Origin: an uncultured Spirochaetales bacterium
GTDB taxonomy: Bacteria > Desulfobacterota_D > UBA1144
Length of the DNA stretch: 64,000 bases
Assembly (NCBI GenBank): GCA_964440275.1
Contig: CAYTRR010000012.1
Coordinates: forward strand, 8,146-72,145
Direction of reading: 5' to 3'
The notes beneath the pieces were generated by a model that ran no database searches, was not told the DNA's origin, and was given only the letters and a program-made list of their open reading frames with translations. The position numbers and the translations under genes are program-made. Positions 63,250 to 64,000 of this stretch are shown here, in pieces. Numbering within the stretch: position 1 is the stretch's first letter; each line of letters starts with the position of its first letter.

Positions 63250-64000
63250 ATTTTTTACTCCCCGAAATAACTTTAATAGTGCTTTCAATCGCACTCTTAG
63301 CCAATTCAATATTTGATTTAGGTCATAAAAGATTTCTAAATAAAAGCATGCTTTTTTTAGGGGCAACAGTGTCTATCATCTTGTTGATAGTACAAATTCC
63401 TGATGGATTCCATTTAAATTCAACATTTGAAAACAATGTGTATACAAAGATAATAAAATTAATCTTAGTAATTGCATCTACTTTTTCATTATTAATTGTT
63501 TCGAATTCAAAAACGGATGAACTGAGAAAATACTTTAATGAATACTGTTTTCTTCTGATACTTTCCTTAGTTGGGGCGATGCTAGTTGTATCAGCAAGAG
63601 AATTTTTCACATTAATCATATCTTTTGAACTGTTAAGCATCCCTCTTTATTTAATTTCAGGGATGGGGTTAAATTCTAAAAAATCTATTGAAGCAGCTAC
63701 AAAATTTTTCTTTTTTGGAACGATATCTACTGTTTGCTTAATTTTTTCTGCGGTGCTTTTTTATTCTATCGCAGGGACCACGAACTTTATTGATATTAAT
63801 TGGGCATCTAGCGACTTTTTGTTAGTAATTGCTTTCATTTTCCTAATGATTGCAATTTGTTTTAAATGCGCTCTTTATCCTTTACAATTTTGGGTTTCAG
63901 ATATTTATGAGTCAGCTCCAATGAATATACTTCCTTTTTTAAGCACCATTCCAAAAATAGCTATTATTGGTTTTTTAATATTCTTTTTTGATGTTTTAAC
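63237..64000 (+). CDS. nuoN: NADH-quinone oxidoreductase subunit N, N-terminal part (continues beyond the window)
   Basis: ATG at 63237 overlapping the nuoM stop; translation MESINFLLPEITLIVLSIALLANS... is antiporter-like. Not in ORF track (partial). Confidence 0.85.
   Translation, partial: MESINFLLPEITLIVLSIALLANSIFDLGHKRFLNKSMLFLGATVSIILLIVQIPDGFHLNSTFENNVYTKIIKLILVIASTFSLLIVSNSKTDELRKYFNEYCFLLILSLVGAMLVVSAREFFTLIISFELLSIPLYLISGMGLNSKKSIEAATKFFFFGTISTVCLIFSAVLFYSIAGTTNFIDINWASSDFLLVIAFIFLMIAICFKCALYPLQFWVSDIYESAPMNILPFLSTIPKIAIIGFLIFFFDVL

Noticed and set aside
63323-63640. 105-aa minus-strand ORF
   Set aside because: Antisense to the nuoN N-terminal coding region, which continues the conserved nuo gene order.
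1-64000. Scan for CRISPR repeats, tRNA/rRNA genes, integrases or transposases
   Set aside because: No spaced direct repeats. No intergenic segment is long or GC-balanced enough to hold a tRNA. No recombinase-like ORFs. The window looks like core chromosome.

Overview
This 64-kb window is AT-rich (roughly 30% G+C by eye) and almost entirely coding, from a bacterium with a streamlined genome. Genes are tightly packed and often overlap at start/stop codons; intergenic gaps are mostly under 100 bp. I found no rRNA, tRNA, CRISPR array, transposase or integrase. The content is core metabolism and information processing, in this order. Minus strand, partial: ileS. Plus strand: lpdA, an M20 peptidase and hemB. 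Minus strand: metH and a GloB-like MBL hydrolase. Plus strand: a zinc-ribbon threonine synthase with an adjacent MoaD/ThiS-like sulfur carrier. Then a roughly 17-kb co-directional minus-strand block: fabD-fabG-acpP-fabF, rpiB, acnA, icd, mdh, sdhC-like/sdhA/sdhB, sucC, dnaK (frameshifted), rpmE, grpE, dnaJ. Next on the minus strand: rpmF, an orphan two-domain ABC ATPase, miaA, pnp-rpsO-truB-(DHH phosphoesterase)-infB-nusA-rimP, and uvrB. Plus strand: a cobA/hemD fusion and rsmE. Minus strand: a System I cytochrome c maturation operon, ccmABC(D)EF, followed by a monoheme cytochrome c fusion protein and small membrane proteins. Plus strand: gloA, a PTPS/QueD-like gene, an M42 peptidase, and an 11-gene complex I operon nuoA, BC (fused), D, H, I, J, K, L, M, N (partial) with no nuoE/F/G. 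The most notable signals are a variant cytochrome c maturation locus (CcmE with the heme-binding His replaced by Cys in a CPxxY motif, no ccmG/H, extended by an uncharacterised cytochrome c gene plus small membrane ORFs), the EFG-less complex I with a NuoB-NuoC fusion, a thrC + sulfur-carrier (GG-F C-terminus) gene pair behind an unusually long structured leader, sdhCAB-sucC without sucD, a fused CobA/HemD (siroheme route), and a -1 frameshift in dnaK. The variant Ccm, the CobA/HemD fusion and the 11-subunit Nuo are features typical of Desulfovibrio-like bacteria and archaea, but taxonomy cannot be fixed from this window.
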